Assembly: GCA_027036135.1 (NCBI GenBank)
Contig: JALVSY010000007.1
Coordinates: 612,880 to 676,879, forward strand
Reading direction: 5' to 3'
Length of the DNA stretch: 64,000 nt
Origin: Pyrodictiaceae archaeon
Lineage (GTDB): Archaea; Thermoproteota; Thermoprotei_A; Sulfolobales; Pyrodictiaceae
The notes under the pieces were generated by a model. It ran no database searches. It was not told where the DNA came from and worked only from the letters and a program-made list of their open reading frames with translations. A program made the position numbers and the translations under genes. Shown piece after piece: positions 49,134 through 58,698 of this stretch (positions are counted from its first letter, which is position 1; every line of letters begins with the position of its first letter).

Positions 49134-50159
49134 CTAAGCATAGATTACATGGACAAAAACACCGAGAGCTAGGGCAACGAAGCCTAGTGGAAAGAGCCTT
49201 GCCCAGAAGAAATTCATTGCTTGATCAAGCTTCATCCTGCCGTACACGGCGCGCAGGAACACCGAGAATAGCATCACTATCAGCGACTTAATATAGACAG
49301 ATATTGCCCCCAGTAATGGTGTTGTAAAAGGTGCCCATCCCCCGAGGAAGAGCAGTGTAAAAGCCAAGCTCAGAGCATAGAGCTTCACGTAGTCGATGGC
49401 CATTGTTAGGGCGTAGAGTACTCCGCTGTACTCGGTATAGGGGCCCTGCACAATCTCTTGTTCTCCAAGGACTATGTCGAAGGGCACTCTATCAGTGAGT
49501 AATAGCATTGCTAAGAAGAATAATAGAGCGGCGATAGGGTTGGAGACCAGCCCTATTATCCCGGTATGCATCTGTTTCTCAACAGCAGTAACGAAGTCAA
49601 GCGTGCCATACATAGCAGCCACAGAGAGCATAGCAAGGGCCAGTGTTATCTCGCCAGAGACTGTTAGGAGGGCTTCGCGCCCACCACCTATCATTGCGAA
49701 CTTGTTGCTTGAAGCCCAGCCCATCAGTATAACCGTTATGGGTGAGAGAGTAAGCAACGCGTACACGATGACCATGCTGAAGTCGCTGCGGAACCCATAG
49801 ATTCCCGGCCCGCCTGGGAGCACGGTGAAGGGCAGTGTTAGGAACGTAAAGGTCAGTATCGGGCCGAGTATAAACATTAGCCTATCGGTCTCTATGTGCA
49901 CTATTATCTCTTGTAGCGCGAAGCGAGCACCATCAGCTATGAGTTGCAATGCGCCGTGTAGCTTGGGAGAAACATAGTAGGGGCCTACGCGTTGCTGAAC
50001 CCTTGCAGCCATTTTTCTCTCGGCCCATATGAGGAATAGCACTGTGCCTAGAAGCACCGCCAATCCGGGATAAACCAGGGGGGCTAGGAATCCTCGTAGG
50101 GCCCAGACGGGTACGTGGAGGATCTTTGCAAGCTCAACCAATACCATGACTGGGGTCAC
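49134..50159 (-). CDS. nuoH: Complex I subunit H
   Basis: ERK..ARVQ.RVGP, Q..ADG and R.PFD....E.EIV.G..TEYSG motifs. Confidence 0.93.
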   Translation of the reverse strand: MTPVMVLVELAKILHVPVWALRGFLAPLVYPGLAVLLGTVLFLIWAERKMAARVQQRVGPYYVSPKLHGALQLIADGARFALQEIIVHIETDRLMFILGPILTFTFLTLPFTVLPGGPGIYGFRSDFSMVIVYALLTLSPITVILMGWASSNKFAMIGGGREALLTVSGEITLALAMLSVAAMYGTLDFVTAVEKQMHTGIIGLVSNPIAALLFFLAMLLLTDRVPFDIVLGEQEIVQGPYTEYSGVLYALTMAIDYVKLYALSLAFTLLFLGGWAPFTTPLLGAISVYIKSLIVMLFSVFLRAVYGRMKLDQAMNFFWARLFPLGFVALALGVFVHVIYA

Positions 50160-50180
50160 CCCTTTGCGTCTTGGACGAGG

Positions 50181-51389
50181 CTATCTATCCGCTTCGGGTG
50201 GGAAGTAGTCCATGCTACCATAGATAGCGGGTAGATCCATCAAGGTGTTGCCTGGCGGGAGTATCGAGAACATTATGGCGTTCCTGGCGCTCGGCGTGAC
50301 TATCCTCAACCGGTACGGCATCATGCCGCCATCGCTGACGAGGTAATAGGTTACCTCGCCGTGCCCCATCTCGCCACGGGAGAAGATCTCGCCCTTGCGG
50401 GGTCTTAGCCTAACGTAGCCCCCGGGTAGCTTCACTCTACCCTTCTCAAACCACTTCTTCATAGCAGGGGGCACCATCTTGGCATAGCGTTCATGGAATA
50501 TCGGGCCATCGGGGAGCTGCTTAAGAGCCTGCTCTATGAGGTCTAGGCTCATCTCTATCTCGCGTAGCCTTACCCACACCCTCTCCAAGCCGTCACCGTA
50601 CTTACCAACCACTGGCTCGAAGTCAAGCTCGCTATAGGCAGCGTAGCCTAGGAGCCTTGCATCGTATCTCACGCCGCTCGCTCTCAGATTGGGCCCGGTT
50701 ATGCCATAGGCTATTGCCTTGTCCTTGGGGAGCACGCCGACGTTCTCGAGACGGCCTCGTATAACGGGGTTGTTGAAGAACATCTTGTCATAGTCCTTGA
50801 GCTTCCTGAGCATATACCTCTTAGCCTTAAGGAACTCGTCCTTGAAGCCCTGTGGTAGGTCTCTACGAACCCCTCCGAAGATGTTATAGGTATGTGTCAG
50901 CCTCGCACCGGTTAGCAACGATGCTAGGTGGACGAAGACCTCGCGGTCACCGAAGCCCCACATGAACATTGTTGAGTGGTTGAGGAATATGCCGCCGATG
51001 CCTAGGCCATAGAGATGGCTCGAGATACGGTTGATCTCACAGAGTATTGTTCTCAGATACTTTGCCCTCGGGGGGGCCTCTATGCCGAGCAGCTTCTCAA
51101 CAGCCTCGACGAAGGGGAGCGTAATGTTACAAGAATCAATAATCGTCATTCTCTCTATGAGGCTTATGACGCGTACATACTCCCTTATCTCGGAGAGCTT
51201 CTCCATGGTTCGGTGAACATAGCCTATATCGGGATCGACACGGACAATAATATCGCCGTCAAGGTAAACAACGAGCCTCATGTGACCAGAGGCAGGGTGC
51301 TGCGGGCCAATGTAGAGCTCAACTACTCGATAACCATCGCGCTGGCCAAGCTCCCTACCAATCATGCCAGGCAACTCGATTCTAGGCAT
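50181..51389 (-). CDS. nuoD: Complex I subunit D
   Basis: GPQHP, GYVHR..EK, E..RI.SHL, TGP.LR.SG and C-terminal EADR. No Ni-binding CxxC. Confidence 0.93.
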   Translation of the reverse strand: MPRIELPGMIGRELGQRDGYRVVELYIGPQHPASGHMRLVVYLDGDIIVRVDPDIGYVHRTMEKLSEIREYVRVISLIERMTIIDSCNITLPFVEAVEKLLGIEAPPRAKYLRTILCEINRISSHLYGLGIGGIFLNHSTMFMWGFGDREVFVHLASLLTGARLTHTYNIFGGVRRDLPQGFKDEFLKAKRYMLRKLKDYDKMFFNNPVIRGRLENVGVLPKDKAIAYGITGPNLRASGVRYDARLLGYAAYSELDFEPVVGKYGDGLERVWVRLREIEMSLDLIEQALKQLPDGPIFHERYAKMVPPAMKKWFEKGRVKLPGGYVRLRPRKGEIFSRGEMGHGEVTYYLVSDGGMMPYRLRIVTPSARNAIMFSILPPGNTLMDLPAIYGSMDYFPPEADR

Positions 51390-51471
51390 ATACTAGTCAC
51401 CTTGAAGAGAGACCGCCGCGCGGCGGCCCATCATCCCTGCTTGCGAGACCCATGATACAAGGAGCAAAGGC

Positions 51472-51486
51472 ATCCTTAATAAGGAT
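51472..51486. promoter_or_regulatory. Inverted repeat ATCCTTA-A-TAAGGAT in the divergent nuoD/nuoC intergenic region
   Basis: Perfect 7-bp arms around an AT-rich TTAATAA core, almost equidistant from both starts. Confidence 0.5.
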
Positions 51487-51567
51487 AAGCCGAGCGAAAA
51501 TAATCGGAGTAGCCTACCCTCGAAATAAGCGCGCGCGTGAAAAACATTCACTGGAGGCGCACCTGTC

Positions 51568-52119
51568 TTGAGCACTTCTATTGACGAGGCTCTCCAGGGC
51601 ATCGCTTCCTCCTCCGCGAAGCGCGAAAACTTCCCCGTCTACACGGTTCCCGCTGAGCGCGTAAGAGAAGCTACCCAGAAGATAAGGGAGCTAGGCTATG
51701 ACTATCTCCTCTCCATAAGCGCGGTTGATCTCCCAAAGGAGAAGAGGATAAAGCTCGTATACCACTTCACGAAGACAAGTGACCCAACAGACATAGTCGC
51801 GATAGAGACGTATCTTCCCAGGGACAAGCCCCACGTAGACACAATAAGCGACCTATACCCAGCCGCACTGCTCCAGGAGAGAGAAGAGTACGAGATGTTA
51901 GGCGTCTACTTCCGCGGCCACCCAGACCTAAGACACCTACTCCTACCCCCCGATTGGCCGCCCGGAGTCTACCCGTTGAGAAAGGACTTCAAGGTCTACG
52001 AGGAGCCAATACACACCACTAGGCAATCAAAGCCAGTATGGGTTATAAAGCCCGAGCTAAAGCCAAAACAAGGCACCAGCGAACAAGCAACCACAAAGCA
52101 ATCTGCACAGAAGAAATAA
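51568..52119 (+). CDS. nuoC: Complex I subunit C (opposite strand to the rest of the cluster)
   Basis: YDYL.SISAVD and ERE.YEMLG..F.GHPDLR.LLLP.DW....YPLRKDF motifs. Confidence 0.93.
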   Translation: MSTSIDEALQGIASSSAKRENFPVYTVPAERVREATQKIRELGYDYLLSISAVDLPKEKRIKLVYHFTKTSDPTDIVAIETYLPRDKPHVDTISDLYPAALLQEREEYEMLGVYFRGHPDLRHLLLPPDWPPGVYPLRKDFKVYEEPIHTTRQSKPVWVIKPELKPKQGTSEQATTKQSAQKK

Positions 52120-52185
52120 TAAATTAGGCAACAAACGTATCGGAAAACTGTTTTCTAATCCATCTAGGGGGAGGAGACCTCATAA

Positions 52186-52800
52186 CTAGTCTAGGGGTAT
52201 TCCACGCTCCTCGTAATAGTTCTTCGTAGGCTCCTTCACAGGACGCATCAGTTCCTCGAGAATCCTCTTATCCTTGACGTCTCTTGGCTTCCACTCGCCG
52301 CGCCTAACCTTCTTCTGGAGCTCGATGACGGCTCGTAGCACTGCCTCCGGTGTTGGCGGGCAACCAGGTATGAAATAGTCGACGGGAAGTATGTCTGCTG
52401 GCCTTATTATGTTGTAGCTATTGTAGAAGAGTCCGCCAGTTATGGCGCAGGCGCCCATAGCTATGACGAACTTTGGCCAGGGCATCTGCTCCCATACAAT
52501 TCTAGCTACACGGGCCATTTTCCGGGTGAGTGTACCCTCTACCAGTAACAGGTTAGTGTTCCTCGGATGAGTGAAGGGGAGGCTACCGAGCCTCTCGCCA
52601 TCGTACTTAGGGGCATAGGTAGCTGCAAACTCAGCTCCGCAGCAACTAGTTGTGAGGTGCACAGGCCAGAGACTGAAACTAATAGCCCAATCTATTAGGT
52701 TCTTGATCGGCTTCTTGTTTAGGAGCCACTTAGTAGCCTTCTCGGCCACCTCGTCTAGGTTGCCTATGAATACGAGGCCGCTTCTCGGACAAGTACTCAT
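52186..52800 (-). CDS. nuoB: Complex I subunit B
   Basis: SLWP....TSCC..E, MG.CA..GG and PGCPP.PE motifs. Confidence 0.95.
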   Translation of the reverse strand: MSTCPRSGLVFIGNLDEVAEKATKWLLNKKPIKNLIDWAISFSLWPVHLTTSCCGAEFAATYAPKYDGERLGSLPFTHPRNTNLLLVEGTLTRKMARVARIVWEQMPWPKFVIAMGACAITGGLFYNSYNIIRPADILPVDYFIPGCPPTPEAVLRAVIELQKKVRRGEWKPRDVKDKRILEELMRPVKEPTKNYYEERGIPLD

Positions 52801-52835
52801 AGCGAACCAGCCCTCCAACCACGAAGCATGGATTG

Positions 52836-53204
52836 TTAATCAAAGCTCCAGAACTCTTTACGCGACGCATACCTAATGGCATAGAAAAGCGGGGGCACCA
52901 CTATTATGCCTGCTGCTATGTTCAGACCTATCCACGTCAAGTCCCAGCTCTTAGCAACAGTTGGTAGCGTGAAGAGCGGCATGAATATCGGGTCAAGCAC
53001 CACGAACGCGATCACGTAGCCGAGATACTGGTAGAGCACGGGGGGCCTAGGAGTACCCTTTGGCGGGTTAGCTGCCTCGTAGCGGACTTTGCTGAAGAAC
53101 CTATCTGGTCCACGCGTAACCAACGATAACACGTAGTAGACCAGTATAAGGACTAGCGGGATAAGCACGACAACGGTGCCTATAGATACTATGGCGTCAT
53201 ACAC
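52836..53204 (-). CDS. nuoA: Complex I subunit A
   Basis: 3 TM segments, K..YEA.N.P and Y.I.FV..D. Heads the cluster. Confidence 0.85.
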   Translation of the reverse strand: MYDAIVSIGTVVVLIPLVLILVYYVLSLVTRGPDRFFSKVRYEAANPPKGTPRPPVLYQYLGYVIAFVVLDPIFMPLFTLPTVAKSWDLTWIGLNIAAGIIVVPPLFYAIRYASRKEFWSFD

Positions 53205-53405
53205 GGCTCATCCCTCGCAGCGAAGAACACAACCTGGGGGCCGCGGCCCCGGTTCCCCAATTTACTAAGCTTTTCCAGGGACTCGGTAGTTGTTAAACCT
53301 AGCCCAGCCTAGTGCGATGAATAGTCTAAAACGTAGCAACCGGGAACAAAAAGACAAAGGGGCTCGGGCCTCCTACACAGTTCTCCTCGGAGGAGGACTC
53401 TAGTC

Positions 53406-53828
53406 TTGGCCGAGGAGATAAAGATAAACAACTACCTAGTTTTAAGAGACAGGCTCTACACAAAGACCGATGAGTGGGTTAAGCGCGAGGGAGACCTGGT
53501 AATCGTCGGCATAACGGACTATGCGCAGAAGAAGCTACGGGACATAGTGGGCGTTGACCTGCCGGAGACTGGCACAAGCGTCAAGGCCGGGGATGCTGTG
53601 GCCAGCATAGAGTCCGTCAAGGCAGCCGCAGACGTCTATGCACCAGTCTCCGGGGAAATAGTTGAGGTAAACGAGCGGCTCTACGATGAGCCAGAGCTAC
53701 TCAACAAGGACCCCTACGGCGAGGGATGGATGTTCAAAATAAGGCTAAGCGATGAGAAGGAACTAGAGAAGCTCCTCACACCAGAACAGTACGCGGAAAA
53801 AATAAGGAAAGAGGAAGAGGAGCACTAG
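53406..53828 (+). CDS. gcvH: Glycine cleavage system H protein
   Basis: GITDYAQ..L, ESVKAA.D.YAP.SG and N.DPYG.GW motifs. Confidence 0.95.
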   Translation: MAEEIKINNYLVLRDRLYTKTDEWVKREGDLVIVGITDYAQKKLRDIVGVDLPETGTSVKAGDAVASIESVKAAADVYAPVSGEIVEVNERLYDEPELLNKDPYGEGWMFKIRLSDEKELEKLLTPEQYAEKIRKEEEEH

Positions 53829-53842
53829 GCAGCATTTCTTAG

Positions 53843-54874
53843 TTACTTCTTCCCTCTCTTCATCAGCGTTAGTCTCATCGATACCTTTGGCTTTACCTTC
53901 CCGGTCTTCTTCCAGTCTCCCTTGATCTCTACGTTCTTTCCTCTACGCTTCTGCAGATAATTGAACACTGCTAGTGCTGCTTTTGCACCATCGCCTGCGG
54001 AGATTACTGCTTGCTTGAACGGTATGTGAGTCACGTCCCCGGCTGCGAAGAGACCAGGGGTCTTTGTCCGCTGCATGTGATCCACTATTATCTCGCCATT
54101 CTCGTTGAGATCTACCAGGTGCTTGACGAAGTCCGTCTTAGCGACGTAGCCTAGCTCTACGAAGACTCCGTCAACCTCTAGTCTCTTCTCCTCTCCACTA
54201 TTCTTGTCCTTTACTATGAGCGCGGTTACCCTGTTCCCGTCGCCCTCTACGCGGACCGGTACATGGTTCTCAAGTATCTCCACAACTGGTGCCGACTTGA
54301 CCCTCGCTACTAGGTCTGGGTCCCCGAAGAGCTTGGTCGGTGTGACATAGTAGACCTTCTTTGCGAGGCCTGCTAGAAGCGTTACTGCCTCGAGCCCTTG
54401 ATCGCCGAGCCCAACGACAACGGTTCTCTTGCCCGCGTAGAGGGGTCCGTCACAGATAGTGCAGTAGCTTATCCCCTTGCCGTCGTACTCTTCTTCGCCG
54501 GGCACGTTCATTCTCTTGGGCAGCTTGCCTATTGCGAGGATGACGGCGTCTGCCTGGTACTTGTTGCCCCGCTTGCTCTCGAGGAGGAAGCTGCCGTCCT
54601 CTAGCTTCTCTATCCTCGTTATCATCTCGCCGTAGCGGAACTTGGCCCCGAAGGTCCTAGCCTGTTTCTCAACGCGCTGAGCGAGATCGATGCCCTTTAT
54701 AGCCTCGATGCCGGGATAGTTCTCGATAACACTGGCCTCCATTAGCTGGCCTCCAAGATCGAGGCTCACAACGAGCACATCGACGCCCTGCCTAGCGAGA
54801 TAGAGAGCAGCTGTGAGCCCAGCCATGCCCGCGCCAACGACTATTATGTCGTGGCGCTCCACTTCCTCCGCCAT
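53843..54874 (-). CDS. trxB: Thioredoxin reductase-like FAD/NAD(P) oxidoreductase
   Basis: GAG.AG, IENYPG, YCTICDG and FAAGD...KQ motifs. Confidence 0.9.
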   Translation of the reverse strand: MAEEVERHDIIVVGAGMAGLTAALYLARQGVDVLVVSLDLGGQLMEASVIENYPGIEAIKGIDLAQRVEKQARTFGAKFRYGEMITRIEKLEDGSFLLESKRGNKYQADAVILAIGKLPKRMNVPGEEEYDGKGISYCTICDGPLYAGKRTVVVGLGDQGLEAVTLLAGLAKKVYYVTPTKLFGDPDLVARVKSAPVVEILENHVPVRVEGDGNRVTALIVKDKNSGEEKRLEVDGVFVELGYVAKTDFVKHLVDLNENGEIIVDHMQRTKTPGLFAAGDVTHIPFKQAVISAGDGAKAALAVFNYLQKRRGKNVEIKGDWKKTGKVKPKVSMRLTLMKRGKK

Positions 54875-55060
54875 GCATAGGCACCCGTGTTGTGGAAGAA
54901 GAGCATAACTAACTACTAATATGTCTTGCACACGTGTTAAATGTGCGATCAACTCTTTCGAATAGAGCCACATAAATACTATGAAGGCCTCTTGGCATTT
55001 TTGATTCAAAGTATTTTTAGTATCACGGAGATAGTGACAGGGAGAGTAATCCGGGGCTAC

Positions 55061-55714
55061 ATGCAAGAAGCAAGGAATATGAACTATGCAGTAATAGGTG
55101 TTTGCTTCGCACTCCTCCTAGTTACTATGGTTCAAGCACTAGGCTGGCTCGCTCCATTAAATCAATATATTAATACCCATATACAGCACACGCGCTCTAT
55201 CATAGCTAATGCATATACATTCACCGCCGATATCGCGTTCTCATTGCTCGTCCTAGCGCTGCTCTTTGCCTATGAGGTGAGTAAGTACAGAGGACTTACA
55301 AGGAACTACGTATTACTAGTGACGTCCATGATTGTTTCAATGATAATAGTGTTTGTGCTCAAGATAGTGATTAGGGAGCCAAGACCAGGCGAAGAATACG
55401 TTTCATATACTGTTTACCAAGCAATCATGCATGCTGACTACTTCGGGTTCCCATCGGGCCATACAGCTAGGGCCACGGTCTTCGCCTACTTTCTGGGAAA
55501 GAGGTGGAGAAAAGCCATGCCCCTTCTATGGCTGTGGGCTGGAGGCATAGCTCTGAGCCGCCTAGTTCTCGGGGCTCATTGGTTTAGTGACGTGATTGGA
55601 GCAGTGCTTGTAGGTCTCTTTGCATCATTACTAGCTGAGGCGCTAAGCGATAGGCTTATAACTATCTATAACAAGGTCATCGGCTTTATTCCCATTCTTA
55701 GAGTAGTGGATTAG
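55061..55714 (+). CDS. PAP2 family phosphatase
   Basis: K....E.RP, FPSGH and SRL.LG.H..SDV motifs. Confidence 0.92.
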   Translation: MQEARNMNYAVIGVCFALLLVTMVQALGWLAPLNQYINTHIQHTRSIIANAYTFTADIAFSLLVLALLFAYEVSKYRGLTRNYVLLVTSMIVSMIIVFVLKIVIREPRPGEEYVSYTVYQAIMHADYFGFPSGHTARATVFAYFLGKRWRKAMPLLWLWAGGIALSRLVLGAHWFSDVIGAVLVGLFASLLAEALSDRLITIYNKVIGFIPILRVVD

Positions 55715-57588
55715 GGCGGCAGTGGCAGGTTTGCATAGAGCGCGGTGATACCGAACCCTATTAGATCCAATATTATGAATAGCTTTATTGCGTCCTTTAA
55801 CCCCAGCTCTCTTATCATTGCCCCGAGCGCTATGATGCATGGTACCTGATACGTTGAAGCCATTGTGAATATGAGGATCTGTTTATGCGTTAGCACCGTG
55901 CTGAAGCTTGTCGTGCCGAGCACGGCAGCGAGCATCGCTATTACAAGGTCTTTTTGCAGGAACCCGTAAACCAGGGGAATCATTGCCGCCGGGGGGAGGT
56001 GGAGTACTCTAGCTGGTGGCGCTAGGATTTTCAGTGACTTTGTGGCTAGCCCCGTATAGTCTAGCGCTGCGTATATTATTGCGCCAGCAACAACGAGTGG
56101 TGTCACTATCTTTATGAAGTCCTCGAGGCGGAGCCATGCCTTGCTAGCAACATTACGTAGTAGTGGTCTTCGTAGAGGGGGCAGGTCCTCAATGATTATT
56201 GCTTCCTCCTGTGCTCCCAGTATTGATGCAAGAACCTTTACCACGATGAGTGCTATGATGAACCCGAGTAAGTAGATTAGCATGGGCGCCCATGCCCCCA
56301 GCTCCCTGCCAGCGACACCGAATATTATTGATGCCCTAGAGGAGCATGGGACAAATGCTAGCGCGGCTATCGCGAGTATTCTCTGCTTCTTACCGGGAAG
56401 TATCCGTGTAGACGTAGTGGCGGGCACTGAGCATCCAAGCCCTAGGAGTACTGGTATGATTGCCTTAGAGTAGAGCCCTATCTTCTTGGTGAATCCGTGG
56501 AGCCATGCAACCATTCTACCCAGTAGGCCAGAGTCCTCGAGCAGGACGAGGAGCAGGTAGAATATGAACACGTAGGGCAGGGCTGCTATGTACTGCGCAT
56601 AGAGGGCCTCGATGCTCTTGGCTAGAGCATATCCTGCGAACCCACTACTGGCCAGGAAGCCGATAACTCGCTCAACGCTAGGTGATAGAATTAAGTCGAG
56701 GTAGTCAATTATCTTCCCACCAGTAATCACGGTTACCGCTATGAGGCCGAGCACGATCGAGGCCGAGGCCGCCATACCAATATACGGGTTAGAGAGCAAG
56801 AGTTCATCAAGCCTATTCCTCCGAGGAGCAACGAGTATCCGGGAGTACTTGCTTGCTATTTGTAGCGCGTAGCCTGCGCGAGTGGTCTCTATATCCAGCT
56901 GAGGATTATGCCCGCTTGCTTTAAGCTCCGCTATAGCCTCTTCTGCTTCCCTGCAGTGATACTTCTCGTATACAAGTGGGTCTCCCTCAATAAGGCGGAC
57001 CGCAAGACCCCTCCTACTAAGCCTCGTGCCCTCCGGGATACAGTTAATCGCCCTCAATATAGCGGCCTCTATGTGGTCATCATACCTTATCTCTAGCCTT
57101 CCTTTCCTCGCCTCCCCTATCCTCTTAATGAACTCTTCTAGCCTGCCACGCTTCACGGGATTAATCCTAACAACGGGCACGCCTAGCTCCTTCTCGAGCC
57201 CTGCATAGTCTATTCTTATACCCTTGTGCTCAGCCTCCTCCCAGAAATTAACAGCAACTATTAAGGGCACGCCTAGCTCTATCAGCGTTATCGCTAACAA
57301 TAATCCTCTCTCAAAGGCAGTCGCATCAACAAGCACAACAGCAAAATCATAGCTCTCTCCAAGTATTATCCTCTCAGTTATCTCTTCCTCCAAGCTACTT
57401 GGATAAAGATTATAGACCCCGGGAGTATCTATGAACTCGTACTCCTCGCCGTTTAGAACCGCCTTAGCCCTGTAGATATCAACGGTCGTCCCAGGATAAT
57501 TAGCAACCCTTACATTAGCCCCTGTCAGCGCGTTCAATAAACTACTCTTACCTACATTCGGCTGTCCTACAAGAATAACCCTCTTCAC
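55711..57588 (-). CDS. feoB: Ferrous iron transporter B
   Basis: GQPNVGKS, NYPG.TV, DTPG, LEDSG, GLGC.VPA and PC gate motifs. Confidence 0.95.
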   Translation of the reverse strand: MKRVILVGQPNVGKSSLLNALTGANVRVANYPGTTVDIYRAKAVLNGEEYEFIDTPGVYNLYPSSLEEEITERIILGESYDFAVVLVDATAFERGLLLAITLIELGVPLIVAVNFWEEAEHKGIRIDYAGLEKELGVPVVRINPVKRGRLEEFIKRIGEARKGRLEIRYDDHIEAAILRAINCIPEGTRLSRRGLAVRLIEGDPLVYEKYHCREAEEAIAELKASGHNPQLDIETTRAGYALQIASKYSRILVAPRRNRLDELLLSNPYIGMAASASIVLGLIAVTVITGGKIIDYLDLILSPSVERVIGFLASSGFAGYALAKSIEALYAQYIAALPYVFIFYLLLVLLEDSGLLGRMVAWLHGFTKKIGLYSKAIIPVLLGLGCSVPATTSTRILPGKKQRILAIAALAFVPCSSRASIIFGVAGRELGAWAPMLIYLLGFIIALIVVKVLASILGAQEEAIIIEDLPPLRRPLLRNVASKAWLRLEDFIKIVTPLVVAGAIIYAALDYTGLATKSLKILAPPARVLHLPPAAMIPLVYGFLQKDLVIAMLAAVLGTTSFSTVLTHKQILIFTMASTYQVPCIIALGAMIRELGLKDAIKLFIILDLIGFGITALYANLPLPP

Positions 57589-57607
57589 CGCGGCTCTAAA
57601 CCTCGCC

Positions 57608-58204
57608 CTACTCCACGATAACAATGATTTTTCTAGCGATATCGGAGTCGATGGCGGCCAAGTGAGCCCCAAGTCCCGCCTCAACAATGACTAGGTCCTT
57701 GGTCTTTGAGACGACACGGATACGCCTGCCAGGTAGCACGCCTACACCATAGAGCCTCGCAAGCATACTAGGCCTAGGAACCAGTATAGCAATTACCCTT
57801 GCATACGAACCCGGCCCTAGCTCACTAAGCAACGAAACCTTCTTGGCCTCAAGGCCCTTAATGAGCCCCTTAATATCTATATCGAGGTGTTCGAGTGCAT
57901 GGGCTGCCTCGTGAACACTTATCTTTTTCCCAAGGACCTTCTCTAATAGGGTCTCAGCTAAGCGATGATGCTCGTAAATTCGCTGTGCTCTCTCAGTACC
58001 CTTATTAGTCAGCTCAATTACATCATTCTTTCTCCTCACCAGTCCCTCTGACTCCAGCTCAGCTACAGCCTTCTCGACTAGATCCTTCTCACCAATATCC
58101 TTAATCGCTTCCTTTATTGTACTCCTACCCTTATTCTCTAAGAGATAGCGCAGCACATCCTCCTTAGCCATAGCCTCGGCGCTGAAGTGCTCGTCCTCGG
58201 GCAA
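57608..58204 (-). CDS. DtxR/MntR-family regulator with FeoA domain
   Basis: wHTH, HRLAE..L, EA..LEH, and C-terminal FeoA (RL...G..PG). Confidence 0.88.
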   Translation of the reverse strand: MPEDEHFSAEAMAKEDVLRYLLENKGRSTIKEAIKDIGEKDLVEKAVAELESEGLVRRKNDVIELTNKGTERAQRIYEHHRLAETLLEKVLGKKISVHEAAHALEHLDIDIKGLIKGLEAKKVSLLSELGPGSYARVIAILVPRPSMLARLYGVGVLPGRRIRVVSKTKDLVIVEAGLGAHLAAIDSDIARKIIVIVE

Positions 58205-58385
58205 AAACAGTCCCTAGACGTAAACGCTCGATAAAAAGAGCACTATCTAAATTTCTACCATTGTTTTCACAAAGTAGACTCCAGCATAAAATAGCGGCAC
58301 AGTCTAGGAGGCCTCAAACAAATATGGAATATAAGCTAAAAACCATTATGGTACATGGACAACGCTATTTAATACACAGTTATTA

Positions 58386-58442
58386 TTACTGCTGTCCCTC
58401 GCTGCCCTTCTTACCCTTCTTGCTCCTCTTGCTCTTTGCCAC
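58386..58442 (-). CDS. 18-aa Lys-rich micro-protein candidate
   Basis: GGGGTG SD, GTG start, MAKSKRSKKGKKGSEGQQ, three tandem TAA stops. Confidence 0.55.
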   Translation of the reverse strand: MAKSKRSKKGKKGSEGQQ

Positions 58443-58698
58443 TTTGTACACCCCAAGTGTTTTCCTTTCACTTAGTCAGTGAGGACACTAGAGGGGATTT
58501 ACCCTCGCTTACACCAATACAATTACAGCGGCGAAGAATGGGCCCAAACTACGCCTTAGCTTCGCAGAGTACTACATTCTGTCCCTAGCCTTACTAGGAT
58601 CTGAATAATGCATCCTCGCTATAACCCTGGCTCCATGGATGAATATATGGGTTCACCCAACAATAACCGGACCTTGTGCTACTGAGGAGGATACTACA

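Noticed and set aside
50181-51389. NuoD as a [NiFe]-hydrogenase or MBS large subunit
   Set aside because: Both CxxC motifs are absent, including the two Cys retained in MBS.
51385-52195. CATA(T)ACTAGTC look-alikes at both sides of nuoC as invertase sites
   Set aside because: Short, in direct rather than inverted orientation, and CTAG-containing words are very common in this genome.
53406-53828. GcvH as an LbpA partner of the Hdr-like island
   Set aside because: The sequence has the canonical GcvH ESVKAA motif and lies 16 kb from the island, so nothing links them.
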